DNA of 31,250 nucleotides from Dehalococcoidia bacterium (GCA_041300305.1 JBFYUA010000118.1:1-31250), one strand, 5' to 3'; numbered from the stretch's first letter, positions 17,630 through 25,197 are shown. Notes: generated by a model from the sequence alone, not told the origin. A program made the numbers and translations.

Positions 17630-18835
17630 ATGGATTTTGGCCTGGGGCAAAGAGAAGAAGCGTTACGGCAAGAGGTCCGTGAGTTCGCCGAGCGCGAGAT
17701 ACCGGACAGTTGTATAGTCAATTTTCTTGACGAAGAAAGCCGTGACGAGGATTGGACTTTCAGCCTTTCCATTTCTAAAAAGCTCGCTGACAGAGGGTGG
17801 CTGGTTATGGCATGGCCCGGGAGATACGGAGGGCGGGACGCTTCCCCCCTGGAGCAGATAGTTTTTGCCATGGAGTCTGCTTACTGGGGGATCCCCGGGC
17901 TTTCGATGGGAGTAAGCGGCACGGGCTGGGTTGGCCCCTCCCTGATGCTCTATGGCAACGAAGAGCAGCGGCAGAAATATCTCCCGGCAATAGCCTCCGG
18001 CAGTCCGGACGGCGTCTGGTGCACAGGTTACAGCGAACCCAATGCAGGATCGGATTTTGCCAGTATCCGGACGAAGGCCGTGCGGCAGGGCGATGAATAC
18101 ATAATTAACGGCCAGAAGGTCTGGACAAGCTGCGCCCACAGGGCGAGGTGGTGCTGGCTAGCAGCTAAAACCAACTCCAACGGCGGAAAGCCGCAGGACG
18201 GCATAAGCCTGTTGATTGTAGACATGAAAAGCCCGGGCATAACCATTAAGCCGCTGCTCAACTACAGCGGCGAACACATATTCAATGAAGTTTTCTTCGA
18301 CAATGTGCGTGTGCCGGCGGCGGACCTGGTAGGTGAGGAGAACCGGGGCTGGTACCAGCTGATGAAATCACTGGCCTACGAACGTCACAGTTTCGGCGGC
18401 CAGTCCTATGGACTCGGCAAGCGGATATTATCCAGTCTGATCAGATATGCTGGAGAGACAAAACGCAACGGCAGGCTGATGGCCAACGACCCCATAGTCA
18501 GGCACACGCTGGCGGACATGGCCGTCGAACTGGAAACGCTCAAGATGTTTATCTATGAGATTGCCTGGAAACTGGGCGAAGGGACAGTCCCTGTATACGA
18601 AGCTTCCAGGAACAAGTCTTTTGCCGATCACCTGCTGGAGCAGATGGCCCTGGCCGGGACCGAAATCCTGGGGGCCTGCTGCCAGGCAGGGCAATATTCC
18701 AGACAGACCCGGTTGAAAGGCCTGATACAGCGTCAGTACCTGATGTCCCCGGGAACAGCTATCGCGGCCGGGACCGATGAGATTGAAAAGAATATCATCG
18801 GTAAGTTTAAGCTCGGCCTGCCCAGGTCCTATTAG
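17630..18835 (+). CDS. Acyl-CoA dehydrogenase, catalytic subunit (FadE26/FadE29-like)
   Basis: WPGRYGG, CTGYSEPNAGSD, NGQKVWTS, FNEVFFDNVRVP, helix-G Glu in LAYER, C-terminal IAAGTDEI. Start set at the MDF ATG after the SD GGGGTG. Confidence 0.9.
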   Translation: MDFGLGQREEALRQEVREFAEREIPDSCIVNFLDEESRDEDWTFSLSISKKLADRGWLVMAWPGRYGGRDASPLEQIVFAMESAYWGIPGLSMGVSGTGWVGPSLMLYGNEEQRQKYLPAIASGSPDGVWCTGYSEPNAGSDFASIRTKAVRQGDEYIINGQKVWTSCAHRARWCWLAAKTNSNGGKPQDGISLLIVDMKSPGITIKPLLNYSGEHIFNEVFFDNVRVPAADLVGEENRGWYQLMKSLAYERHSFGGQSYGLGKRILSSLIRYAGETKRNGRLMANDPIVRHTLADMAVELETLKMFIYEIAWKLGEGTVPVYEASRNKSFADHLLEQMALAGTEILGACCQAGQYSRQTRLKGLIQRQYLMSPGTAIAAGTDEIEKNIIGKFKLGLPRSY

Positions 18836-18852
18836 CCGCAAGAGGTTCCAAC

Positions 18853-20028
18853 TTGAACTTCAACTTCACAGAACAACAGAATATGCTCAGGGCCATGGCC
18901 AGGGAGTTCCTGGCCGGCGAGTGCCCCAAATCCAGAACCCGTGAACTGGAGAAAGACGTGAAGGGCTATGATCCCGGCACGTGGAAACGCATGGCGGAAT
19001 TAGGCTGGATGGGCCTGCATTTGCCAGAGGAATATCAAGGCAGCGGCGCCGGTTTGGGGGACATGGTTGTCCTGATGGAAGAGATGGGCCGCAATATACT
19101 GCCTGGGCCGTTTTTCTCTACGGTGGCGCTGGCCGCCTTACCTATCATGGACTTCGGCAGCGTGGACCAGCAGGCCAGGTACCTGCCCGGCATAGCGAGC
19201 GGTGAAACGGTCTGGACACTGGCAATAAATGAGGAACTGTCTGGCAGCGGGTTTGCGAATGTCCGGACATCGGTGCGGCCGGCGGACGGGGCTTATGTGC
19301 TTAACGGGAAAAAAACGTTCGTGCCCTACGCCAATGTGGCGGACTATATGCTGGTGCCCGCACGCATGAGTAACAGCAGGGCCCTTGAAAAGGGGCTAAC
19401 GTTATTTATTGTTGATATGAAGCAACCCGGAGTCGAAACCGCCGTTATCCCTACGATTACAGGGGAGACATTGTGCCAGGTTAAATTTAAAAACGTAAAG
19501 CTTGGCGGCAACGATGTGCTGGGGAAGACGGGCACTGCAGAAAACATGCTCGCGCAGCTCCTGGATAAGGCCGCGCTGCTGAAATGCGCTGAGGTATCCG
19601 GCGCCTGCCAGGCAGTGCTTGAAATGACCATTGCCTACGCCAAAGAAAGGCAGCAGTTTGGCAAGCCGATAGGTACCTTCCAGGTCATCCAACACAGGCT
19701 GGTGGATATGCTGATGCAAGTGGAGGGGCTGCAATATCTCGTATACCAGGCTGCCTGGCTTATGAGCACCGGCGCAGACTGCGCCGCGCAGATCGCCATG
19801 GCGAAAGTAAAAGCCAATAAAGTGTACCAGTGCGTGGCCCTCGACGGGATCAAGATCCACGGCGCAATAGGGTTTTCCATGGACCATGACATAGGACTGT
19901 ACTACAGGCGCGTCCTGGCGTCCAGGTTCCTCCCCCATGATACCGGACACTACCTGGAAAAGGTAGCCGAAGGGATCGGGCTTCGATCGATAGATAAGGG
20001 AAAAAAATCAGCAAACAATATCAACTAA
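18853..20028 (+). CDS. Acyl-CoA dehydrogenase, partner subunit (FadE27/FadE28-like)
   Basis: YAKERQQFGKPIGTFQVIQH and HGAIGF motifs are present; the SEP..GSD and C-terminal GT.EI motifs are absent. TTG start with AGAGG SD. Confidence 0.88.
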   Translation: MNFNFTEQQNMLRAMAREFLAGECPKSRTRELEKDVKGYDPGTWKRMAELGWMGLHLPEEYQGSGAGLGDMVVLMEEMGRNILPGPFFSTVALAALPIMDFGSVDQQARYLPGIASGETVWTLAINEELSGSGFANVRTSVRPADGAYVLNGKKTFVPYANVADYMLVPARMSNSRALEKGLTLFIVDMKQPGVETAVIPTITGETLCQVKFKNVKLGGNDVLGKTGTAENMLAQLLDKAALLKCAEVSGACQAVLEMTIAYAKERQQFGKPIGTFQVIQHRLVDMLMQVEGLQYLVYQAAWLMSTGADCAAQIAMAKVKANKVYQCVALDGIKIHGAIGFSMDHDIGLYYRRVLASRFLPHDTGHYLEKVAEGIGLRSIDKGKKSANNIN

Positions 20029-20209
20029 AGCACCTGCGATACCGGCGGATGCCGGGCAACCACCTCGAGCGGGTGTCAAAGCCATGCTTCCCGCAGGACC
20101 GGTTATGGACATTATAAACCAGTATGCCTGACGTTGTGGTTTAGACTTGCTGGTGCAGGCGACTTGGTTGCTATACTGCCACGTCAGGTAAGCCACCCAA
20201 AAATTATTT

Positions 20210-20241
20210 AACAGACAGTGCTATAATGCCGGATGTCTGTT
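20210..20241 (+). promoter_or_regulatory. Extended -10 (TGCTATAAT 20219-20227) enclosed by a perfect 8-bp inverted repeat AACAGACA-N16-TGTCTGTT
   Basis: Read directly upstream of the corrinoid protein gene. Confidence 0.55.
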
Positions 20242-20307
20242 CATTCTATGTAATTTGGACTGTAATCAACTCCGTTGATATCACTATAACTTATTATAGG
20301 AGGAATC

Positions 20308-20940
20308 ATGTCAGATCTCGCCCATGCCATAGCGGACCTCAAGGAAGACGATGTCAAGAAAATCGTGCAGGACGAACTCGCCTCGGGCATAAATCCAATG
20401 TCGATAGTGGATGAGTGCCGACGGGGCATGGAAATCGTCGGGCAACGCTACAAGGATAAAGAGTATTTCCTGGGCGAACTGATCATGTCCGGCGAGATTT
20501 TTAAGGAGGCCATGGCGACGATTGGGCCCAAATTGAAAGCGGGCCAATCGGGAAAACCGGTCGCCAGGATGGTGCTCGGCACCGCCAGGGGAGATATACA
20601 TAACATCGGCAAGGATATCGCAGCCACGCTTCTTAATGCCGCCGGCTTCGAAATCTACGATGTGGGTACAGATGCAGCCCCCGAGGTCTTTGTTAACAAG
20701 CTGAAGGAAACAGGCGCGCCGATACTGGGCATCTCCGGCCTGCTCACACCTTCCTTTGAGTCCATGAAACAGACGGTCCAGGCACTTGAAGCAGCGGGCC
20801 TTCGGGACAAGGTAAAGGTCATCATCGGAGGCGGCATCGTCACCGAGGTTGTGCGAAAATACGTAGGCGCCGATGCCTTCACGGACGACGCCCCTGAGGG
20901 AGTCGAACTGTGCAAGAAACTGGCAGCGGAGGTGAAATAG
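20308..20940 (+). CDS. Methyltransferase cognate corrinoid protein (MtbC/MttC/MetH B12-binding type)
   Basis: Cap domain (GMEIVGQRY...YFLGELIMSGE), base-off DxHxxG motif GDIHNIGK, SGLLT, IIGGG. SD AGGAGG. Confidence 0.93.
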   Translation: MSDLAHAIADLKEDDVKKIVQDELASGINPMSIVDECRRGMEIVGQRYKDKEYFLGELIMSGEIFKEAMATIGPKLKAGQSGKPVARMVLGTARGDIHNIGKDIAATLLNAAGFEIYDVGTDAAPEVFVNKLKETGAPILGISGLLTPSFESMKQTVQALEAAGLRDKVKVIIGGGIVTEVVRKYVGADAFTDDAPEGVELCKKLAAEVK

Positions 20941-22095
20941 ATGATCAGGGAAACCATGACCCCCACCGAACGCACATGGGCCGCTATCAAGCTTGAGCCG
21001 TGTGACCGTATTCCCGTCGCTCCTCTTATGGACGTTATGTTCCCATCGAGGCATAAGGGCATGACGGTGGCCGAGGGCATCTCCCATCCCCGCAGGGGCT
21101 TCCAGGCCATTGTAGACACCTTTGATGACGTTGGCGGCTGGGATGCCATGATACTGCCGGGGTATAGCCTTCCCATACCCCCCAGCATTGCTGCCGTTAT
21201 GCAGATAGTCATCGGTGATACCAGGTACCCCGGGAAGGAACCGGGCTTCTCTGAAGACTCCTCGCCCCAGTTCATAGAAAAAGAGCTCCTTACGATCGAT
21301 GACTACGATGAGATAATAAAGCTGGGCTGGACAGGATTTGCCGAAAAGAACCTCGGCCGCTTTTTCCCGCTGGACCCGGAGCTATTGCTGGCCTGGAGCA
21401 GAAGGCAAATGGACCGCTACAGGACCGAGGGGGAGATATGGAAGGCGCGCAACATACCTTCGTTATGCGGGGCAATAGTGATGTCCCCGCTTATGTTCCT
21501 CTCCACCAGGAGGTCGCTCGTTTCGTTTACACAGGATCTTTACCGGTTCCCCGACAAGGTCCAGGCTGTCATGGACGCCATGATCGACGACCTGATCAAA
21601 TTTCCCATCGAAGCGGCCCGTGCAACCGGTATACCAGGTGTACAGCTGATATTGGAAAGGGGCGGCTGTTTCTACTATCCATTGAGAATATTCGAACGCT
21701 TTGAGTTCCGCTATATGAAAAAGATGATCGAGGCATTTGCCGCCGAAGGACTGATAACGATTATGCATTTTGACCAGGACTGGACGCTCAACCTGCCCTA
21801 CCTCCTCGACCTCCCGAAGAAAATGTGCGTCTGCGAACTGGACAGCACCACCGACATCTTTAAGGCCAAGGAAATACTCAAAAACCACATGTGTATCATG
21901 GGAGACGTTCCTGCCTCACTCAGCAGCATCGGCACAACCGGGGAGATGCAGGCCTATTGCGAAAAGCTGATCGACCATATCGGTAAAGGGAAGACGGGGT
22001 TCATCCTTAGCACCGGGTGCACGATCCCATTCGATGCTAAATTCGAGAATTTCCAGGTCATGATCAATTCCGTAAAAAACCATTTGCCGCAGTGA
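20941..22095 (+). CDS. Uroporphyrinogen decarboxylase-fold (MtaA/CmuA/COG0407) corrinoid-dependent methyltransferase
   Basis: MTPTER..AA..EPCDRIPV, MHFDQDW, CIMGDVP, FILSTGC. Directly coupled to the corrinoid protein gene, with an internal SD GGAGGTG. Confidence 0.85.
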   Translation: MIRETMTPTERTWAAIKLEPCDRIPVAPLMDVMFPSRHKGMTVAEGISHPRRGFQAIVDTFDDVGGWDAMILPGYSLPIPPSIAAVMQIVIGDTRYPGKEPGFSEDSSPQFIEKELLTIDDYDEIIKLGWTGFAEKNLGRFFPLDPELLLAWSRRQMDRYRTEGEIWKARNIPSLCGAIVMSPLMFLSTRRSLVSFTQDLYRFPDKVQAVMDAMIDDLIKFPIEAARATGIPGVQLILERGGCFYYPLRIFERFEFRYMKKMIEAFAAEGLITIMHFDQDWTLNLPYLLDLPKKMCVCELDSTTDIFKAKEILKNHMCIMGDVPASLSSIGTTGEMQAYCEKLIDHIGKGKTGFILSTGCTIPFDAKFENFQVMINSVKNHLPQ

Positions 22096-22098
22096 TTT

Positions 22099-22245
22099 CA
22101 CGGGTCAAGGCAGACACACCTGCCTGACCGGTGTGCGAGTGCGGACAATCATATCGATTAATAGCAGTATGACCCGCCATTACCATTGGCATACCGGGTT
22201 GCCGGGATCCTTAAGGTTAATGTCGAAGATATATTTAAAGATGAA
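22099..22245 (+). pseudogene. Degenerate XRE/Cro-like HTH regulator relic
   Basis: Frame pieces GSRQTHLPDRC / VRTIISI / QYDPPLPLAYRVAGILKVNVEDIF resemble XRE 'GLTQ..LA...GVS..TI.SIE.G.Y.PSL.LAY.IA..L.V.VE.IF'. Two frameshifts, no start. Confidence 0.5.
22101..22130 (+). terminator. Stem-loop after the methyltransferase stop (no U-tract)
   Basis: GGTCAAGGCAG-acacac-CTGCCTGACC pairs 10 bp with one bulge. Confidence 0.35.
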
Positions 22246-22291
22246 AGGCCGCCGGGTGAATTCAACAGCTATCAACCGGCATTGCAGGCCA

Positions 22292-23533
22292 TTACCTCAT
22301 CACAGGGACGCTGTCTATCGTGTCCATTCTTTTAATAGAGCCCAGTTTAAGTGACGCCAGGAAGTCCAGGCAAACAGGCCTGTAGTTAACCAGTTCGGCG
22401 CTCACGTTGATCGTCTTCCTGTCACCATTAATAAAACAATACTCTTTCAAGTCGTTGTTGTGTTTGTGCCCGTGGATTACCCATCCGTTCCAGTCTATGG
22501 GCAGCCTGTCGGGATCATGAGTAAGCAGGAAAGTGTATCTGCCGCATTTTATGACATCGTATTCCTTCGCGTCCCTGACACCGGCGTCGTGCCCGCCCCT
22601 GATAATTTTTTTCTTCCCACTTAGTCTCCCCAGCCAATAATCTGCCGGCCTTGAGCCCTCTCCAAAAGACAGGTCGCCCAGAAAATAAACCTCGTCATTG
22701 CCGACAATGTTATTCCAGTTATCTACCAGCACGCTATTCATTTCATCGACATTTGATGGAACAAACGGCCTGGCGCAATACTCAATGATATTTGCATGGT
22801 CCAGGTGCAGGTCGCTGATAACGTAGGGCGGCCTTCTATCGGCCCCGGGCCTGGCGCCCTCGGTGCCTGTGGCGATCCTGAACAGCTTCAAAGTCCTGCC
22901 CCACTCATCAGTGGCCAGGGATTCCGACCTGGAAAGCAGCCTCTGTTGCAGGAAATCATACTCACAGAGTATTTTAGATTGATCATTCAAAAAGGTAACC
23001 CGCAGGGCGTTCAGCGGTAAATAAAAATACCGCATGTGGTGATCTTCAGCATCCGCCGCGTGGGCTGAGAATTTCGTGGCCAGGGACCCATCGCTGCACA
23101 GGTAGGGCCATATGCGTTCGAACTCCCTGCTGTCCAACTTGTAGGACAGGGTAGCATGAAACAGGAAATCTTCTTCTTTATCAAAATGCTTCGTCTCGGG
23201 CACTATCCTGAGCAGACGCTGCGCCAGTTCCCGGCGGAACTTTATGAACTCGGGAGAAGGTACAATATTAAAATAAACGACCTTACCGTTCCTGCCGTTT
23301 ATCCAGCGGAAGCCGTCAATCAGGTATGGCAGAAATGAATATCTCTTGCCGACGGATAGCAGGACCTCTTTCACACGTTCCACCTGCCTGTAGTCAGCCG
23401 AAAAACTGCCATACAGGGATATATGCGGGACCCTATGTATTTTATCCACTGGCGTACCGCTGAGCCGGTGGACCTGAAGAATGGACTGGGTCAGCTTCCG
23501 CTTCCCCGGCCCTATGCGTATCTCAATTAACAT
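22292..23533 (-). CDS. Fusion of a 2H phosphoesterase (2'-5' RNA ligase-like) and a calcineurin-like metallophosphoesterase
   Basis: 2H motifs PHISL (H37) and FHATL (H126). MPP motifs SDLH, LGD, RGGHD, LTHD, IHGHKH and the 'YCARPF...EMN..LV.NWN' subfamily signature. Confidence 0.85.
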   Translation of the reverse strand: MLIEIRIGPGKRKLTQSILQVHRLSGTPVDKIHRVPHISLYGSFSADYRQVERVKEVLLSVGKRYSFLPYLIDGFRWINGRNGKVVYFNIVPSPEFIKFRRELAQRLLRIVPETKHFDKEEDFLFHATLSYKLDSREFERIWPYLCSDGSLATKFSAHAADAEDHHMRYFYLPLNALRVTFLNDQSKILCEYDFLQQRLLSRSESLATDEWGRTLKLFRIATGTEGARPGADRRPPYVISDLHLDHANIIEYCARPFVPSNVDEMNSVLVDNWNNIVGNDEVYFLGDLSFGEGSRPADYWLGRLSGKKKIIRGGHDAGVRDAKEYDVIKCGRYTFLLTHDPDRLPIDWNGWVIHGHKHNNDLKEYCFINGDRKTINVSAELVNYRPVCLDFLASLKLGSIKRMDTIDSVPVMR

Positions 23534-23613
23534 TTACCGGTCTTGCTATGGCCGTCCTACTATCTCAACGCGTGCATTTTCAGGACGGCCGCTATCCTTT
23601 GCTGAAATGAATT

Positions 23614-25197
23614 TCATTGTACTACAGTCACCGTGACAATGGCCCTGTCAGTGCCGGCGCTGTTTATGGCGGTCAGGGTATAGTCGGTAGTTACAGAGGG
23701 TGATACCAACTGCGAAAATTTTGAAGCTGGAATGCCGATGCCCTGATCGATGGTAAATAAAGCGGCCCCCTTGATAGACCAGGAGAGGCTGGACGTTCCA
23801 CCAACAGTAATACTGCCGGGCACGGCAGTAAAGGATTTTATTACCGGTGCTGTACCGTCTGATGACTTGTTCACCGTAACCGTAACTTCTGCCGTTTCCG
23901 TACCGAAGGTGTTGACAGCCGATAATTTATAGGTGGAGTCAGTAGCGGTGGGGATTACCATCGTCCAACCTGAAGCCGGCACGGCACCGACATCCGGGCT
24001 GATCGAGACCGCCCTTGCCCCGCTAACGGCCCAGGTCAGGGTTATATTGTCTCCCAGCGTGATTGAATTACTACTTGCGGAGAAAGTTTTTATCGCGGGT
24101 GGGTCTTTCGTGATAGCAGCGCCCGGCGCATTGGTTGCCTCGACTGTAACCGTGACTGACCTGCTCACCTTGCTGTTTGCATTTTCGGCCGTCAATGTAT
24201 AGATGGTGGTTGCAGTAGGGGTTACTTCCTTAGAACCCTTTGGCGGCACGGCGCCAACGCCCTGGTTGATATAAATTGTAGCCGGGCCAATAATGTCCCA
24301 TGCCAGGGTCGAACTCTGGCCGCCACTGATAAATGCCTCGCTTGCACTGAAGGTGGTTATGATAGGTGCGCTCGATTTTGTTACCGTGAGCGTTGCCAAT
24401 GCCGTGGGGTTGCCTGCGCTATTAGAAGCCGTCAGTGTGTAGGTGGTAGTTAAAGACGGTGACACGCTTTGCGTCCCGGCCGATGATACGGTCCCTATAT
24501 CGGGGTTGATGGAAACAGACGTTGCCCCGGTAACACTCCATGACAATATGGCTGATTGCCCTGTGAATATGCTGTCAGTATTAAAACCGAATTTGTCTAT
24601 GGACGGCGGGGCAGCGGTAACCTTAATAGTTACAGACTTGCGCACAGAGCCGGACATATTATTGGCAATCAGGGTATATGTTGCCGTTGATTCGGGAGAT
24701 ACGGTCCGGCTTCCGTTAGAAGAAACCGTCCCTATACCGGGACTGATAGAAACCGAACTTGCCCCGGCAACATCCCAGTGCAAAGTCGCCTCCTGGCCCG
24801 GCGTGATCGTCGAGGCGCTGGCATCAAAGGACGACACAACCGGCGCTACGAAAGGCCTCGAGATTTCCCCCCACATGGCGATGACTGCTCCGGCAAACGC
24901 AGTAACTATGACCACGCTAATAGATATTTTTATAATCGTTTCCTTGTAGACCTGTATTCGCTGCAACAAACCCGGTCCGTCATCACTATCTTGCGGATGG
25001 TCCAGGTCCTGATCTCCCGGAACTGCCGATTGATCATCGAAAGAGGCCTGTTGGCCGGGATACTGACTTTGAGGTGATTGGTTTTGAGGTTGAGTCGGCG
25101 ACGGGGGCCAATTAAAAACCATCTTACAGTTGGTGCAATACGCCTGGCCGAAAGCCACCGGCGCTCTACAGTTGGGACAGGAATACATTTGCTGCAT
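23614..25197 (-). CDS. Zinc-ribbon / TM / five tandem Ig(PKD)-like repeat surface protein
   Basis: CPNC..CTNC..WP, Q/P/D-rich linker, TM at about residues 88-110, five repeats of about 80-90 aa. Confidence 0.85.
   Translation of the reverse strand: MQQMYSCPNCRAPVAFGQAYCTNCKMVFNWPPSPTQPQNQSPQSQYPGQQASFDDQSAVPGDQDLDHPQDSDDGPGLLQRIQVYKETIIKISISVVIVTAFAGAVIAMWGEISRPFVAPVVSSFDASASTITPGQEATLHWDVAGASSVSISPGIGTVSSNGSRTVSPESTATYTLIANNMSGSVRKSVTIKVTAAPPSIDKFGFNTDSIFTGQSAILSWSVTGATSVSINPDIGTVSSAGTQSVSPSLTTTYTLTASNSAGNPTALATLTVTKSSAPIITTFSASEAFISGGQSSTLAWDIIGPATIYINQGVGAVPPKGSKEVTPTATTIYTLTAENANSKVSRSVTVTVEATNAPGAAITKDPPAIKTFSASSNSITLGDNITLTWAVSGARAVSISPDVGAVPASGWTMVIPTATDSTYKLSAVNTFGTETAEVTVTVNKSSDGTAPVIKSFTAVPGSITVGGTSSLSWSIKGAALFTIDQGIGIPASKFSQLVSPSVTTDYTLTAINSAGTDRAIVTVTVVQ
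23617..24843 (-). repeat. Five tandem beta-sandwich protein repeats
   Basis: Consensus P.I..F.A....I..G....L.W.V.GA..V.I.P.IG.V...G...V.P..T..YTL.A.N..G......V.V recurs five times. Confidence 0.85.

Noticed and set aside
20029-20307. Cobalamin riboswitch expected upstream of the corrinoid gene
   Set aside because: No B12-box or GGGAA/GCCACTG-type core is recognisable on either strand.
20938-20943. In-frame TAG-ATG between the corrinoid protein and methyltransferase, suggesting pyrrolysine readthrough into a CmuA-like fusion
   Set aside because: A strong SD (GGAGGTG) precedes ATG 20941. The same stop-ATG junction occurs at cysG/hemA and cobA/hemB, TAG is a normal stop for several genes here, and no pyl genes are visible.
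2194-21087. Long antisense or alternate-frame ORFs (e.g. 2194-3024, 4000-4782, 19402-19950, 20311-21087, 20655-21275)
   Set aside because: They are shadows of well-supported GC-rich genes, with no motifs or SDs.
20941-22095. hemE (uroporphyrinogen decarboxylase) call
   Set aside because: Coupling to a corrinoid protein and a His/Asp/Cys metal-site pattern favour a methyltransferase, and the HemE RQAGR motif is absent.
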